Assembly (NCBI GenBank): GCA_963836875.1
Contig: CAWIKZ010000004.1
Location: forward strand, 48,387 to 112,386
Source: an uncultured Acidobacteriaceae bacterium
GTDB lineage: Bacteria > Acidobacteriota > Terriglobia > Terriglobales > Acidobacteriaceae
DNA length: 64,000 nt
Direction: 5' to 3'
Shown: one piece after another, positions 52,590-62,506 of the stretch
Layout of the letters: each line of letters starts with the position of its first letter
Numbering within the stretch: the stretch's first letter is position 1
Program-made: the position numbers and the translations under genes
Notes under the pieces: generated by a model
The model's input: only the letters and a program-made list of their open reading frames with translations
Told to the model about the DNA's origin: nothing
Database searches by the model: none

Positions 52590-54263
52590 ATGCCGCCTCC
52601 GGCCGCCCACAACGCAAGCCCAGCGGGTCCCAGTTTCTGGGCGCGGCTGCTGCGTATCCTGCGGCCGTCGCACCAGCACACTGCTTTCTCGGCCACACTC
52701 CTGATGATCTCGGCCGTGATGCTGTCACGGGTGATCGGCTACCTGCGCGAGGCCTATATCGCATGGGCCTTCGGTGCCGGCCTGAATACCGACGCCTACG
52801 TCGGCGCGTTTAACCTGCCCGACTTCCTCAACTACATTCTCGCTGGCGGCACCGCGTCCATCACTTTCATCTCGATCTATACACGCCACACCTCCAAGGG
52901 ACGCGACCGGGAGGCGCAGGACGCCTTCAACTCCACCATCACCATCATGACCGCGGTGGTGTGCCTGGGCACGGTACTGCTGGAGATCTTCACGCCGCAA
53001 CTGGAGCGGCTCATCTTCCCGCACTTCTCCGCCGACCAGTTGCAGTTGTGCGTTCATCTCACGCGCATTCTGCTGCCCGGCCAGATCTTTTTTTACGCCG
53101 GCGGAATCGTTTCGGCAGTGCTGTTCTCGCGGCGGATGTTCCTGTACCCGGCGTTCAGCCCCATCTTCTACAACCTGTTCATCATCGTGGGTGGGGTGAT
53201 CGGCGCGCGACGGTTTGGCATCGCGTCGCTGGCTTACGGCGCGCTGTTCGGCGCCTTCGTTGGTCCATTTCTCATCAACGCTATCGGCGCGGCGCGCGAC
53301 GGCCTGACCTACCGATTCAACTTCGACTGGCACAATCCGGAATTTCGCGAATGGGTAAAGCTTTCCATTCCCCTGATGCTGGGAGTGTCGCTGGTTTCCG
53401 CCGATGACTGGATCCTGCGCTATTTCGCCTCCGGCGGGACTGGCGACATCACCCGGCTGAACTATGCCAAGCGCCTGTTTGCGGTACCCATCTCGATTTT
53501 GGGACAGGCCACCGGTCAGGCGTCGATGCCTTTCTTCGCGCGCCTCTTTGGCGAAGGCAGGCGCAAGGACTTCGCCGACACGGTCAACGGGTCCGTGTAT
53601 CGCATCTCAGCGGCGTCGTTTCTATCGGCTGCGTGGATGATGCCGGCAGCTCTGCCGCTCATTGACCTCGTCTATCGCCGCGGGCGCTTCGGCTTTCACG
53701 ACTCGCAGGAGACGGCACTCTACTTTTTCTGGTTCGCGCTCTCGCTGGCCTTGTGGTCGGCGCAGGCGCTGTACGCACGTGCCTTCTATGCCGCGGGCGA
53801 CACCCTGACGCCGATGATCGCCAGCACCATCATTGTGGCGGCATCGCTGCCCGTGTACTCGGCGTTCTTCCACCATTTTGGCGTGACCGGATTGGCCATG
53901 GCTTCGGACGTCGGCATCTTGCTGCATACGGTTGCGCTCGCCTGGCTGCTAAGTCGGAAGAAGCTGGTTCCACTGGGGGGAATGCCGTGGCCGGAATTGA
54001 CGAAGGCTGTGGGAACGGCGGGCTTCGCTGCTGTGGTCTGCCATTTTGTCGGCAGGACGATTGCCATTGATGGCAGCCGGAAGGCCGATGTGCAGGCATT
54101 GGCACTGATTAGCGTGACTTGGCTGGCGGCGGTAGCGGTGGGGCTATGGCTGACGAAGTCGAACCTGCCGCGCGAGTTGCGTAGAAAGAAAGCGGCGGCA
54201 GTACCGAACGTTACGCTACCGGACGCGATGGTGGAGCGAACCACGGGAGGAGTGGAGCCATAA
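52590..54263 (+). CDS. murJ: lipid II flippase MurJ (MviN)
   Basis: LLMISAVMLSRVIGYLREAYIAWAFGAGLNTDAYVGAFNLPDFLNYILAGGTASITFISIY, 14 TM helices, and MOP-superfamily size. Confidence 0.9.
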   Translation: MPPPAAHNASPAGPSFWARLLRILRPSHQHTAFSATLLMISAVMLSRVIGYLREAYIAWAFGAGLNTDAYVGAFNLPDFLNYILAGGTASITFISIYTRHTSKGRDREAQDAFNSTITIMTAVVCLGTVLLEIFTPQLERLIFPHFSADQLQLCVHLTRILLPGQIFFYAGGIVSAVLFSRRMFLYPAFSPIFYNLFIIVGGVIGARRFGIASLAYGALFGAFVGPFLINAIGAARDGLTYRFNFDWHNPEFREWVKLSIPLMLGVSLVSADDWILRYFASGGTGDITRLNYAKRLFAVPISILGQATGQASMPFFARLFGEGRRKDFADTVNGSVYRISAASFLSAAWMMPAALPLIDLVYRRGRFGFHDSQETALYFFWFALSLALWSAQALYARAFYAAGDTLTPMIASTIIVAASLPVYSAFFHHFGVTGLAMASDVGILLHTVALAWLLSRKKLVPLGGMPWPELTKAVGTAGFAAVVCHFVGRTIAIDGSRKADVQALALISVTWLAAVAVGLWLTKSNLPRELRRKKAAAVPNVTLPDAMVERTTGGVEP

Positions 54264-54288
54264 CTGGGCAACGTGGCTCTGACACGCG

Positions 54289-54486
54289 CTAGGCGACCTG
54301 GAATTCCATTTTCTTTGCGTCAGTCACACGTCGGGAAGCGTCCAGTATCTCCATCGAAACCAGATCTCCTTGTTCGTCATAATCCAGGATGATGCCGGGG
54401 TTGTCCTCGTCGCTTTCGGCTACCGCCACGCCTTCTTTCAGAACGAAGCTTAGCGTATCGGTCTTCGGATCATAGCTGGCTTTCAC
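54289..54486 (-). CDS. DUF2283-family protein (putative antitoxin)
   Basis: MKASYDPKTDTLSFVLKEG...ILDYDEQGDLVSMEILDASRRV, the typical DUF2283 pattern. 4-nt overlap with the upstream DUF4258 gene. Confidence 0.7.
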   Translation of the reverse strand: MKASYDPKTDTLSFVLKEGVAVAESDEDNPGIILDYDEQGDLVSMEILDASRRVTDAKKMEFQVA

Positions 54487-54767
54487 GATTTCGTCCTCCA
54501 GTACTTGCCGATCTTGCTGGTGCGATAGACCGTCACCACTTCAGCAGGATCGCGATCGATGTCCACAAACACCCGCACGAGATACTCTTGTCCCGCCGCT
54601 CCCATCAAAACTATAGATTGTAGAACGATTCGGCCAGAACGAACGTCTATTGTTTGCTGTGGCGATCGTAAAATCGCGCGCACCACGTCCTCCCTGATCG
54701 ATCGCCTTTTCATTTCAAACAGCGCATGCTCGGTTATAACGTAATTTGTCATCCCAAAGGCAGACAT
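54483..54767 (-). CDS. DUF4258-family protein (putative toxin)
   Basis: ITEHALFEMKRRSIREDVVRAIL....QEYLVRVFVDIDRDPAEVVTVYRTSK. Pairs with DUF2283 as in known two-gene modules. The start may be ATG 54752. Confidence 0.65.
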   Translation of the reverse strand: MSAFGMTNYVITEHALFEMKRRSIREDVVRAILRSPQQTIDVRSGRIVLQSIVLMGAAGQEYLVRVFVDIDRDPAEVVTVYRTSKIGKYWRTKS

Positions 54768-54961
54768 TCAGGAGTTATTGTTCCTCCCGACCCAGAGCTA
54801 TTTTTCAATCGAGAGAGACATTGCGAACGGCGGTCAATACCGCCGCCCGCAACTCTGAGAGTCTCTCCGGCGTGCCATGGAGTCAAGAAGAGGAATACCT
54901 TAGAGCATCCTCGGTACCCCACCTTTGAAACTGAGTGACCCTAGTCTCGTTCCGGGAATGA

Positions 54962-55492
54962 TTACACCCGGGCCGCTGCCGCCGACGCACCGGTCTCGCC
55001 CGTGCTCGTCGTGCTGGTCTCCTTGGATTCGCCATTGGCTTTCTGCCCAGGTTTACGAATATCGATGCCGCCCTTGAAGTAGGCGCCATCTTCAATGCTG
55101 ATGCGCTGGGCAACCACATCGCCGGTGAGCGAGCCTTCGCCGCGGATGTCCACGCGATCGCTGGCGGTCATGTTGCCGCGAACTTTGCCCAGCACCACAA
55201 TCTCGCGCGCCGAAATGTTGGCGGCGACTACGCCGTTGCGTCCTACGGTGACGCGATTGCCCGGCAGGTTGATCGATCCCTCCACCCGCCCGTCAATGTA
55301 AAGCGACTCCGAACCCGTGACTTCTCCCTTAATGACCAGCGACTTGCCCAGCGTGGCCTGTTCCTGGGTGTTGATTGGAGGGCTGGCTGGGCGGGGCGCG
55401 CTCGGCGTCTCGGGGACAGCCGGAGAGTAGCTGCGCTGGGATTGGGGACTAGGGGTGGGAGTTGAGGATGGAGTATTGGTAGGTTTCCACAT
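54962..55492 (-). CDS. bactofilin (polymer-forming cytoskeletal protein, DUF583)
   Basis: ORF 54962..55657; ATG 55492. Pro-rich N-tail, then a beta-helical core LVIKGEVTGSESLYIDGRVEGSINLPGNRVTVGRNGVVAANISAREIVVLGKVRGNMTASDRVDIRGEGSLTGDVVAQRISIEDGAYFKG. Confidence 0.8.
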   Translation of the reverse strand: MWKPTNTPSSTPTPSPQSQRSYSPAVPETPSAPRPASPPINTQEQATLGKSLVIKGEVTGSESLYIDGRVEGSINLPGNRVTVGRNGVVAANISAREIVVLGKVRGNMTASDRVDIRGEGSLTGDVVAQRISIEDGAYFKGGIDIRKPGQKANGESKETSTTSTGETGASAAAARV

Positions 55493-55850
55493 AATCGGTA
55501 AACGAATCCTTTCTGAAATTGTAAGTGCTTCCACCCCAACAACCGCAAAAGCAGCGGTCGTTGGGGGCCCGGCTTGGAGAGGCACTTGTTTTGCCAAACC
55601 CACGCTCCACAGCTCCGCTTCAGAACCTGATGCTTTGGTGCGGTTTGTCTGGGCCATCGCTCAATGCGCGCCGAAGCACGCACCCTTGTGCGATGTAATT
55701 ATTGCTACCATACAGTGAGTTCTTGCATGAGGGAAACCCCTACGCAACTTTTTCATGCGACCTCAGTGCATCCTTAGTTAATGGCCTAGGGGAAAGGGAC
55801 TAAGCAAACCGGACGAACTTGACCGTGGATGAACGCCGATTAGACTTTTT

Positions 55851-58397
55851 ATGCTGACTGATCAAGCCATCCTGAGCCACATCGAACGCCAGCCACACCG
55901 CTCGGCGGGGTTTAAGCAACTCGTCCGCGAGATGGGCCTGCGGGGAGACGAACGGCGGCAGCTCGCCGAGCGGTTGCAGGCGCTGGTGAAGAGCGCGCGG
56001 CTGATCGAGACCGGACGCGACCGCTACACCCTGACGGAACATGCGGCCGCTCATCAGAACCTGATCGCGGGACGCCTGACCATGCATCGCGACGGTTACG
56101 GCTTCGTCATCCCCAACGCCGGCCAGCGCAGCACGTTCAGCGGCGACATCTACATCAACCCGCAGGCCATCGGTTCGGCCATGCATGGCGATCAGGTGCT
56201 GGTGGAACTGGGACGCAAGCGCGACGATGGCCGTGCCGAGGGGCGCATCCTGCGCGTGCTGACGCGCGGTAACCCCACCGTCGTGGGCACCTTTCATTAC
56301 GGATCGCGCCAAAACTACGTGACGCCCATCGACGAGAAGGTCACCAGGGAGATCGTCATCCCGCGCGGGATGGAGTGGCCGGCCAGCCAGAATGAAGGCG
56401 AATCCAAGGCTGAACCCGCCTCCCATGGTCGGGCGGGAGCCGCGCCGGCGAAGCAATCCACGGCTCCTCGCAAGCGGCATCAGGACGCAGACCGAGTCCT
56501 CGGCGAAGAGGCGCACCGCCGGGAGTGGGACGATCTCGAAGGCTTGGTGGTGGATGTTGAGATTACCGATTGGCCATCGCCGGCCGAGAGCCCCCGTGGC
56601 CGCGTCGTCGAAATTCTTGGCTACGAAGACGACTTCGGCGTGGACGTTGAGATCATCATCCGCAAGTTTCACCTGCCGCATCGCTTCCCGGTCGAAGTGT
56701 TGCAGGAGGCACAGCAGTTCGAGCCGGTCATCCCGTCAAGAGAGTTGCGCCATCGGCGAGACTATCGCGCGTTGCCCATCGTCACCATCGACGGCGAAAC
56801 CGCGCGCGACTTCGACGATGCCGTGACCGTGAGCCGTATGGAGAACGGCCATTTCGAACTGCAAGTCCACATCGCGGATGTCGCGCACTATGTCCACGAA
56901 GGCTCGACCATCGACATGGAAGCGCGCCTGCGTGGGACTTCCGTCTATTTCCCTGACCGCGCCGTGCCCATGTTGCCCATGGAGCTTTCCACTGATCTGT
57001 GCAGTCTGCGCCCGCAGGTGGACCGGCTGGTGCTCTCCTGCGTGATGAAGATCGACCCGCAGGGTGAGATTGTTGGCTACGCCCTGAACCAGGGCGTCAT
57101 CCGGTCGGCCGAGCGCATGACCTACACCAACGTGAACCTCATCCTCGAAGGAGACGCTGGTTTGCGCCAGCGCTATCACAAGCTGGTCGATGTCTTTGAG
57201 CTGATGCGCGAGCTGGCGATGGTGCTCAATCGCAAGCGGGTGCGTCGCGGCTCCATAGATTTTGATTTGCCCGAACCGGTCATCGAATTTGACGAGCACG
57301 GATTGATGAAGGGCGTCACGCGCTCCGAGCGCAATATTGCCAACCGCATCATCGAGGAGTTTATGCTGTCGGCGAATGAGTGCGTGGCCAGCTATCTCGA
57401 GAACAAGCGGGTGGGCTCGCTCTATCGCATTCACGAAAAGCCCGATCCCAAGCGCGTCTTCGATTTCGAGACCATCGCGGCCACCTTCGGCTACTCGCTC
57501 GGGGTAGGTGCGCTGCCGGTGAAGCGTATGCAGATCCGTGCTGACCGGCGCGATCGTCACAGCAGCGGACGCAATCCGCACGTCGTCGAGATCCCCGAAG
57601 AGGTCCACATCACGCCGCGCATGTACCAGAAGCTGACCCAGAAGATTGCGGGCAAGCCGGAAGAGCGCATCTTGTCCTACCTGATGCTGCGTTCCCTCAA
57701 GCAGGCGCGCTACTCCGAGGTCAACGAGGGGCACTTCGCGCTGGCCGCACCGGTCTACACGCATTTCACTTCGCCGATACGACGCTATCCCGACCTGATC
57801 GTGCACCGCATCCTGAAGGATGTCTTGCGCGAATCGGCGGAGCAAGAAGAGCACGGCGTTTCCGTCGGCGTGGGAGAGATCGCGCACAGCGAGTCACCTT
57901 CTCCGTGGTCGAAACGGCAGCCGCCGGTCTCGCCAACTAAGCGAGGCACGCACGAGAAGGAACACCGTGTGCCCCTGGGCGGACCGATTCCCGAGGACAC
58001 GCTGCACGACATCGCAGAGGAGTCCAGCCAGTCTGAACGCCGGGCCGACGATGCCGAACGCGAGCTGATGGAATGGAAGAAGGTGAAGTTCATGGCAGAC
58101 CGCGTGGGCGAAGAGTTCGCAGGACTGATCGTCAGCGTCACGAAATTTGGGCTGTTCGTGGAGCTGATCGACATGTTCATCGAAGGACTGGTGCCGCTCA
58201 CCTCGCTGACCGACGACCGCTACGAGTATCACGAGAATACCCGGCAGATCATCGGGCAGCGCAGCCGCAAAACCTACTCGATGGGTGATCCGGTGCGCGT
58301 GCTGGTGGATCGCATTGACCGTATGCAGAAGCGCATTCAATTCGCATTGGTCGAAGAGCGGCCTGTGCCAGCCAAACGCAAGCGCAAGGAGGCGTAA
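55851..58397 (+). CDS. rnr: ribonuclease R
   Basis: N-terminal HTH/CSD (GRLTMHRDGYGFVIP), RNB domain (VTIDGETARDFDDAV, HIADVAHYV, SVYFPDRAVPMLP, HFALAAPVYTHFTSPIRRYPDLIVHR), C-terminal S1 domain (FAGLIVSVTKFGLFVEL) and a basic tail. Confidence 0.9.
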   Translation: MLTDQAILSHIERQPHRSAGFKQLVREMGLRGDERRQLAERLQALVKSARLIETGRDRYTLTEHAAAHQNLIAGRLTMHRDGYGFVIPNAGQRSTFSGDIYINPQAIGSAMHGDQVLVELGRKRDDGRAEGRILRVLTRGNPTVVGTFHYGSRQNYVTPIDEKVTREIVIPRGMEWPASQNEGESKAEPASHGRAGAAPAKQSTAPRKRHQDADRVLGEEAHRREWDDLEGLVVDVEITDWPSPAESPRGRVVEILGYEDDFGVDVEIIIRKFHLPHRFPVEVLQEAQQFEPVIPSRELRHRRDYRALPIVTIDGETARDFDDAVTVSRMENGHFELQVHIADVAHYVHEGSTIDMEARLRGTSVYFPDRAVPMLPMELSTDLCSLRPQVDRLVLSCVMKIDPQGEIVGYALNQGVIRSAERMTYTNVNLILEGDAGLRQRYHKLVDVFELMRELAMVLNRKRVRRGSIDFDLPEPVIEFDEHGLMKGVTRSERNIANRIIEEFMLSANECVASYLENKRVGSLYRIHEKPDPKRVFDFETIAATFGYSLGVGALPVKRMQIRADRRDRHSSGRNPHVVEIPEEVHITPRMYQKLTQKIAGKPEERILSYLMLRSLKQARYSEVNEGHFALAAPVYTHFTSPIRRYPDLIVHRILKDVLRESAEQEEHGVSVGVGEIAHSESPSPWSKRQPPVSPTKRGTHEKEHRVPLGGPIPEDTLHDIAEESSQSERRADDAERELMEWKKVKFMADRVGEEFAGLIVSVTKFGLFVELIDMFIEGLVPLTSLTDDRYEYHENTRQIIGQRSRKTYSMGDPVRVLVDRIDRMQKRIQFALVEERPVPAKRKRKEA

Positions 58398-58412
58398 GCC
58401 CTTCGGCCCGCT

Positions 58413-59387
58413 TCAATGGGCGGCGCTCAGAAACCAGCCCACGATTCGCCCGAATGCAGCCGTAAGTCCGTCTTCCGGCTCCTCGCCGCGCCGGGCAAGG
58501 GAATGATTCGCACCTTCGATCCGTTCAAAGACAGCTTTTCGCTGCTTGGCTGCCAGTTCGGCTCGCATCACGTCGAAGGCTGCAATGGGACTCCATTCGT
58601 CTGCCGTGCCGTGGACCAGATACAAAGCCGCTTGGGATTGAAGGCATTCCTGAATCAGCGATGTTTTGAGCAGGCTCGACCACAGCCGATAAGGCTGCCC
58701 CCAACAGAATTGCGTCGGGCTATCGGGATCGCGGAGAATTTTCGCCCAACAACTATAAACTTCGACCTCGGGATCAAGGCCCTTACGTCGGACATAATCT
58801 GCCAGAACGAAGAGATGGTTCGGGCCTCCCCCGGCAATTGATGCCGCATGAGTAACGGACGGCATAGCATTCGTTACGTGGACGGCGACCACCCCGCCTT
58901 CCGAACCGCCGATCACCAGGGTCCTCGATCCGTCGATACCGGGCAGTTGATGTGCTGCATTGATGGAAGCGACAATCGCCTCGGTCCATCGGTCGAGAGT
59001 ATGTTCAGCCAGAAACTCCGGGCGACAGGTCTTCGCATCCCCGGGGTCGGCCTGCCTATCCAGGAATTCGACGCCGGGTTTTTCTACCACGAGAACTCTC
59101 GACCGGCCTCTCGTGACGTCGAGCAGCAACACGAATGCACCCTGCATTATCCGTCCGTTCTGGCGCTGGAACAGTGATGTACAGCCTGTACCCTGCACAA
59201 AAACGAGCAGCGGAATCGACCGCTCGGCCGCACCCTCCGACAAATAGAAAGTGATGGTCCTGCCCAACTGATCTTTTGTGGAGTAGCGATGGAAGGCCGT
59301 TCCGGGGACTGCTCCGCCGTCATTGACCGCTGCATCAACCAGAGTGGCCGAAAGGAGAAGAAGACCTAAAATCCACAGTCGCATCAT
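58413..59387 (-). CDS. secreted alpha/beta hydrolase
   Basis: ORF 58413..59468. ATG 59387 gives the signal peptide MMRLWILGLLLLSATLVDA. Nucleophile elbow LVIGGSEGGVVAV and LVHGTADEW. Confidence 0.7.
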   Translation of the reverse strand: MMRLWILGLLLLSATLVDAAVNDGGAVPGTAFHRYSTKDQLGRTITFYLSEGAAERSIPLLVFVQGTGCTSLFQRQNGRIMQGAFVLLLDVTRGRSRVLVVEKPGVEFLDRQADPGDAKTCRPEFLAEHTLDRWTEAIVASINAAHQLPGIDGSRTLVIGGSEGGVVAVHVTNAMPSVTHAASIAGGGPNHLFVLADYVRRKGLDPEVEVYSCWAKILRDPDSPTQFCWGQPYRLWSSLLKTSLIQECLQSQAALYLVHGTADEWSPIAAFDVMRAELAAKQRKAVFERIEGANHSLARRGEEPEDGLTAAFGRIVGWFLSAAH

Positions 59388-59458
59388 CGTGATTAGCAAT
59401 CTCCTCTTGAGTCTCCGAATCGGATGCATTGTAATAGAAGCAGCGTAGCGCCGAAGAC

Positions 59459-60367
59459 ATGACGACAAAAGGAATCCGTCCGTTCTTCAGCGGCCTGCTC
59501 GAACTCATGCGTAACCTTGCGATATTCGGCTTCTTTGTCCTGCTGGCGGCGTCTGCCCTGGCTCAGACAGCCCCAGCGCCAGCCGCACCGGCGCAGACTC
59601 CAACCACTCCCGCCGCCTGGCCCACCGCCCACTTCGCTGCGACCAAAGATCCCAGTGTGCAGAAGGCGTTCCAGATCCTGACTGACATGCTCAAAGCCCT
59701 GGGCGGCGATACGTACCTCAATGTGCGCGATATGAAGAGCGAAGGCCGCGCTTATGCCTTCTACCACGGACGACCGAGTGGCCAGGGTCTTGAGTTCTGG
59801 CGGTTCTGGGAGTGGCCCGACAAAGAGCGGGTCGAGTTTACCAAGCAGCGCGACGTGATCGAACTCTTTGTTGGCGATAAGGGGTACGAGATCACCTACA
59901 AGGGCACGACGACACAGGACCCGAAGGACCTCCAGGATTATCTGCGCCGCCGCGATCATTCGTTGGAGTTGGTGATTCGCAAATGGCTGGCAGCGTCGGA
60001 CACCATGATTCTGTACAACGGCACGGCAATCGTAGAGCAGAACCTCACCGACCAGGTCACCATCTTGAATTCCACGAATGACAGCGTGACGTTGTCGGTT
60101 GATCCGCGTTCCCACCTGCCGGTGAGGAAAACCTATAGCTATCGCGATCCGCTCGATCGGCAGCTCGATGACGAGGCCGAGGTTTTCAGCAACTATCGCC
60201 TGGTCCAGGGTATTCAGACACCCATGAGCATTGTGCGGCATCGCAACGGTGAAATGACCAGTCAGCGCTTCATCACGTCTGTGACCTACAACAACGGCTT
60301 CCCGCCCGCTATGTTTGAGACCAAGGGCCTCACCTACAACCAGCCCAAGAGTGGGGAGCGGAAGTAG
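59459..60367 (+). CDS. secreted hypothetical protein (LolA-like/outer-membrane-lipoprotein-sorting-fold candidate)
   Basis: Signal peptide MRNLAIFGFFVLLAASALAQ (possible start 59507), a Pro/Ala/Thr linker, and a beta-rich body. I prefer the plus-strand ORF over the antisense 392-aa ORF (59393..60571) because of the signal peptide and normal amino-acid composition. Confidence 0.55.
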   Translation: MTTKGIRPFFSGLLELMRNLAIFGFFVLLAASALAQTAPAPAAPAQTPTTPAAWPTAHFAATKDPSVQKAFQILTDMLKALGGDTYLNVRDMKSEGRAYAFYHGRPSGQGLEFWRFWEWPDKERVEFTKQRDVIELFVGDKGYEITYKGTTTQDPKDLQDYLRRRDHSLELVIRKWLAASDTMILYNGTAIVEQNLTDQVTILNSTNDSVTLSVDPRSHLPVRKTYSYRDPLDRQLDDEAEVFSNYRLVQGIQTPMSIVRHRNGEMTSQRFITSVTYNNGFPPAMFETKGLTYNQPKSGERK

Positions 60368-60385
60368 AGAGCGGAAACTAAATTG

Positions 60386-60793
60386 ATGAAGATCGCTCAT
60401 ATGATAGGTCTGTTTAGCAATGTGCAGGTGTACCGATCTAGTCGAACGCGGTGGATTAATCTCGCTTTTGTCGTTGCTTTGTGCCTGCTTCTGCTGACTG
60501 GATATCTCAGTGAGGACACCCTGTCCGAGTTGTGGCCTTATGTCGCCCTTCTTCCATTTTTCATAGTGCAATTTTTGTGGCCGACCACGGTTGGTTGGCT
60601 GCTCTCGATAGGAGCATGGCTCGTATTCGCATTTGGTGTATGTCTTTTTGACCGCCTGATCTACGATGTCAAGGCCAATAGTGTGGAAGTTCTTGTCCTA
60701 TTTGGGATAGTGCCTGCGCTATTACTTTTCTTCTGTCGGCCGCGAGCGCAGATCCGATCTGACACATCAAATGTGGCGGGTGGCCAAGCTTAA
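60386..60793 (+). CDS. hypothetical integral membrane protein
   Basis: Four hydrophobic helices. Noticeably lower GC than its neighbours. I recognise no family. Confidence 0.4.
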   Translation: MKIAHMIGLFSNVQVYRSSRTRWINLAFVVALCLLLLTGYLSEDTLSELWPYVALLPFFIVQFLWPTTVGWLLSIGAWLVFAFGVCLFDRLIYDVKANSVEVLVLFGIVPALLLFFCRPRAQIRSDTSNVAGGQA

Positions 60794-60857
60794 GATCATG
60801 TGGGTGCCCCGTCAAAGCCGGTTCACGGGCCGGATGGCTAATCAAAATATCTTCTTC

Positions 60858-62120
60858 TTATTCGTGTCTTAGAGATTCCACAGGATCTAATCTCGAAGCA
60901 TTTTTGGCCGGCAGGGTACCGAAGGTGATCCCGATCAGGCAGGAGACCAGCATGGCGATCAGCGCGGAGAGCCCGGAGACTGGGAGCCTGTACTGAGTGA
61001 AGGCCCAGAGCGAAAACGGGAGCGCCAGCCCGGCCAGAGTGCCGATGGTTCCTCCGATTAAAGAGATCATTACCGCCTCGGAAAGGAATTGCAGTTGGAT
61101 TTCGCGGCGGGTGGCTCCAACCGCCTTGCGAATCCCGATTTCTCGAATACGGGCACTCACCGTGGCGAGCATAATGTTCATGATCCCCACCCCACCGGCC
61201 ACCAGGGTTATGGTTGCAAACAGCAAGAGAACGATGGTGAATGCGTTCGCGGTTTTTGCCACCAAACTTAGCACTTGGGTCAGATCACCGACGTTATAGA
61301 CCGACTCGGCCCGATGCCGCGCCTTTAACACCGCGAGGATTCGTTGCGTGGCCAGGGGAACGCTGCTGGCATCCGACATGGAAAAATAAATCTGGTTGAT
61401 TGCGTTCGTATCTGTCAAATAACGCGCCACGGAATAGGGAATAAGGACCGTATCGTCCTGTATTTCTGACTGGCCAAAGGTCTCCACGCCCTCACGAAAA
61501 GCGCCGATCACAACAAACGGCAATCCTTGAATGTCGACTTCGTGTCCCGACGCGAACTGGATTCCGCCGTATTGCTGGTTAGCGAAGTTTTCTGTTACCA
61601 GGGCGACTTTGTGGTGGGACTGGGAATCTTGTTGATCGAAAAACCTGCCCGAACTCACGACCATGCGGCGCACATTTGCATATTCCGGGTTTACCCCGAG
61701 GATCAACATGTCCCGTTGCTTGCCGTTGCCGACCAGTATCGGTTCATGCAAATTGAGCACCGGCGTGGCTGCTTGCACGCCTGTCACCTGTTGTTCCACG
61801 GCCATCATGTCGTCCACGGTCAGATAGTCTGCCGTACCGGTGGTGGCGCCACCGTTGGCCGGCCCTGCATATTCGGCCCAGATGAGATTGGCGCCAATGT
61901 TCTGGATTTCATGCAGGACGTACTGTTTCCCGGTTAGCGCAATCGTGACCACCAAAACCAGCGAGAACGTGCCGATCACCATTCCCAGGGCGGTCATGGT
62001 AGCACGCACTTTGTCGGCGCGAAAAGAGTCCACGGCGATGGCGAGAATCTCGCGCAAGAGCAACGTACTCTTGGGGGACACGGTCCACGAGATGGAGCGT
62101 ACTTTCGCCGGTCGGGGCAT
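60858..62120 (-). CDS. ABC transporter permease, MacB/FtsX-type
   Basis: N-terminal TM helix, a large periplasmic MacB_PCD-like domain, and a C-terminal FtsX domain (GGVGIMNIMLATVSARIREIGIRKAVGATRREIQLQFLSEA). Confidence 0.85.
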   Translation of the reverse strand: MPRPAKVRSISWTVSPKSTLLLREILAIAVDSFRADKVRATMTALGMVIGTFSLVLVVTIALTGKQYVLHEIQNIGANLIWAEYAGPANGGATTGTADYLTVDDMMAVEQQVTGVQAATPVLNLHEPILVGNGKQRDMLILGVNPEYANVRRMVVSSGRFFDQQDSQSHHKVALVTENFANQQYGGIQFASGHEVDIQGLPFVVIGAFREGVETFGQSEIQDDTVLIPYSVARYLTDTNAINQIYFSMSDASSVPLATQRILAVLKARHRAESVYNVGDLTQVLSLVAKTANAFTIVLLLFATITLVAGGVGIMNIMLATVSARIREIGIRKAVGATRREIQLQFLSEAVMISLIGGTIGTLAGLALPFSLWAFTQYRLPVSGLSALIAMLVSCLIGITFGTLPAKNASRLDPVESLRHE

Positions 62121-62126
62121 AAACCG

Positions 62127-62504
62127 CTAACTCCTGCCGATGAGCACCAAGGTTACGCCCGCGCCAACCAGAAGAATGCCGATCCAACGTTGCAAGTTGA
62201 CACGCTCTCCCAGGAAAAACCTGCCTCCCAACGCGCCCACGACGTAGCTCAGGGCAGTCACGGGCACGACAAAGCTTACATTTTCAAAGGAAAACACCGC
62301 AAGCAGCGAGAAGAACCCAATGGCCATCATCGCCACACCCAGCCACATCCACTTGCTGTGCAAAGCGCGGACGATCACCGCGATGAGTGCCCTCGGACGG
62401 AAGTTTTTCACCTCGCCGTGGTCCTTCATCGCGCGCGACACGAATATTTCGCCCACGGTCCCGAAGACCACAATGAGGAACATCAAGAAGATGAATTCAG
62501 CCAC
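62127..62504 (-). CDS. EamA-like single-domain (half-size DMT) membrane protein
   Basis: ORF 62127..62585. GTG 62504 lies 3 nt after the upstream stop. Four to five TM helices, with GEIFVSRAMK and ...FFLGERVNLQRWIGILLVGAGVTLV typical of EamA repeats. Confidence 0.6.
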   Translation of the reverse strand: MAEFIFLMFLIVVFGTVGEIFVSRAMKDHGEVKNFRPRALIAVIVRALHSKWMWLGVAMMAIGFFSLLAVFSFENVSFVVPVTALSYVVGALGGRFFLGERVNLQRWIGILLVGAGVTLVLIGRS

Positions 62505-62506
62505 GA

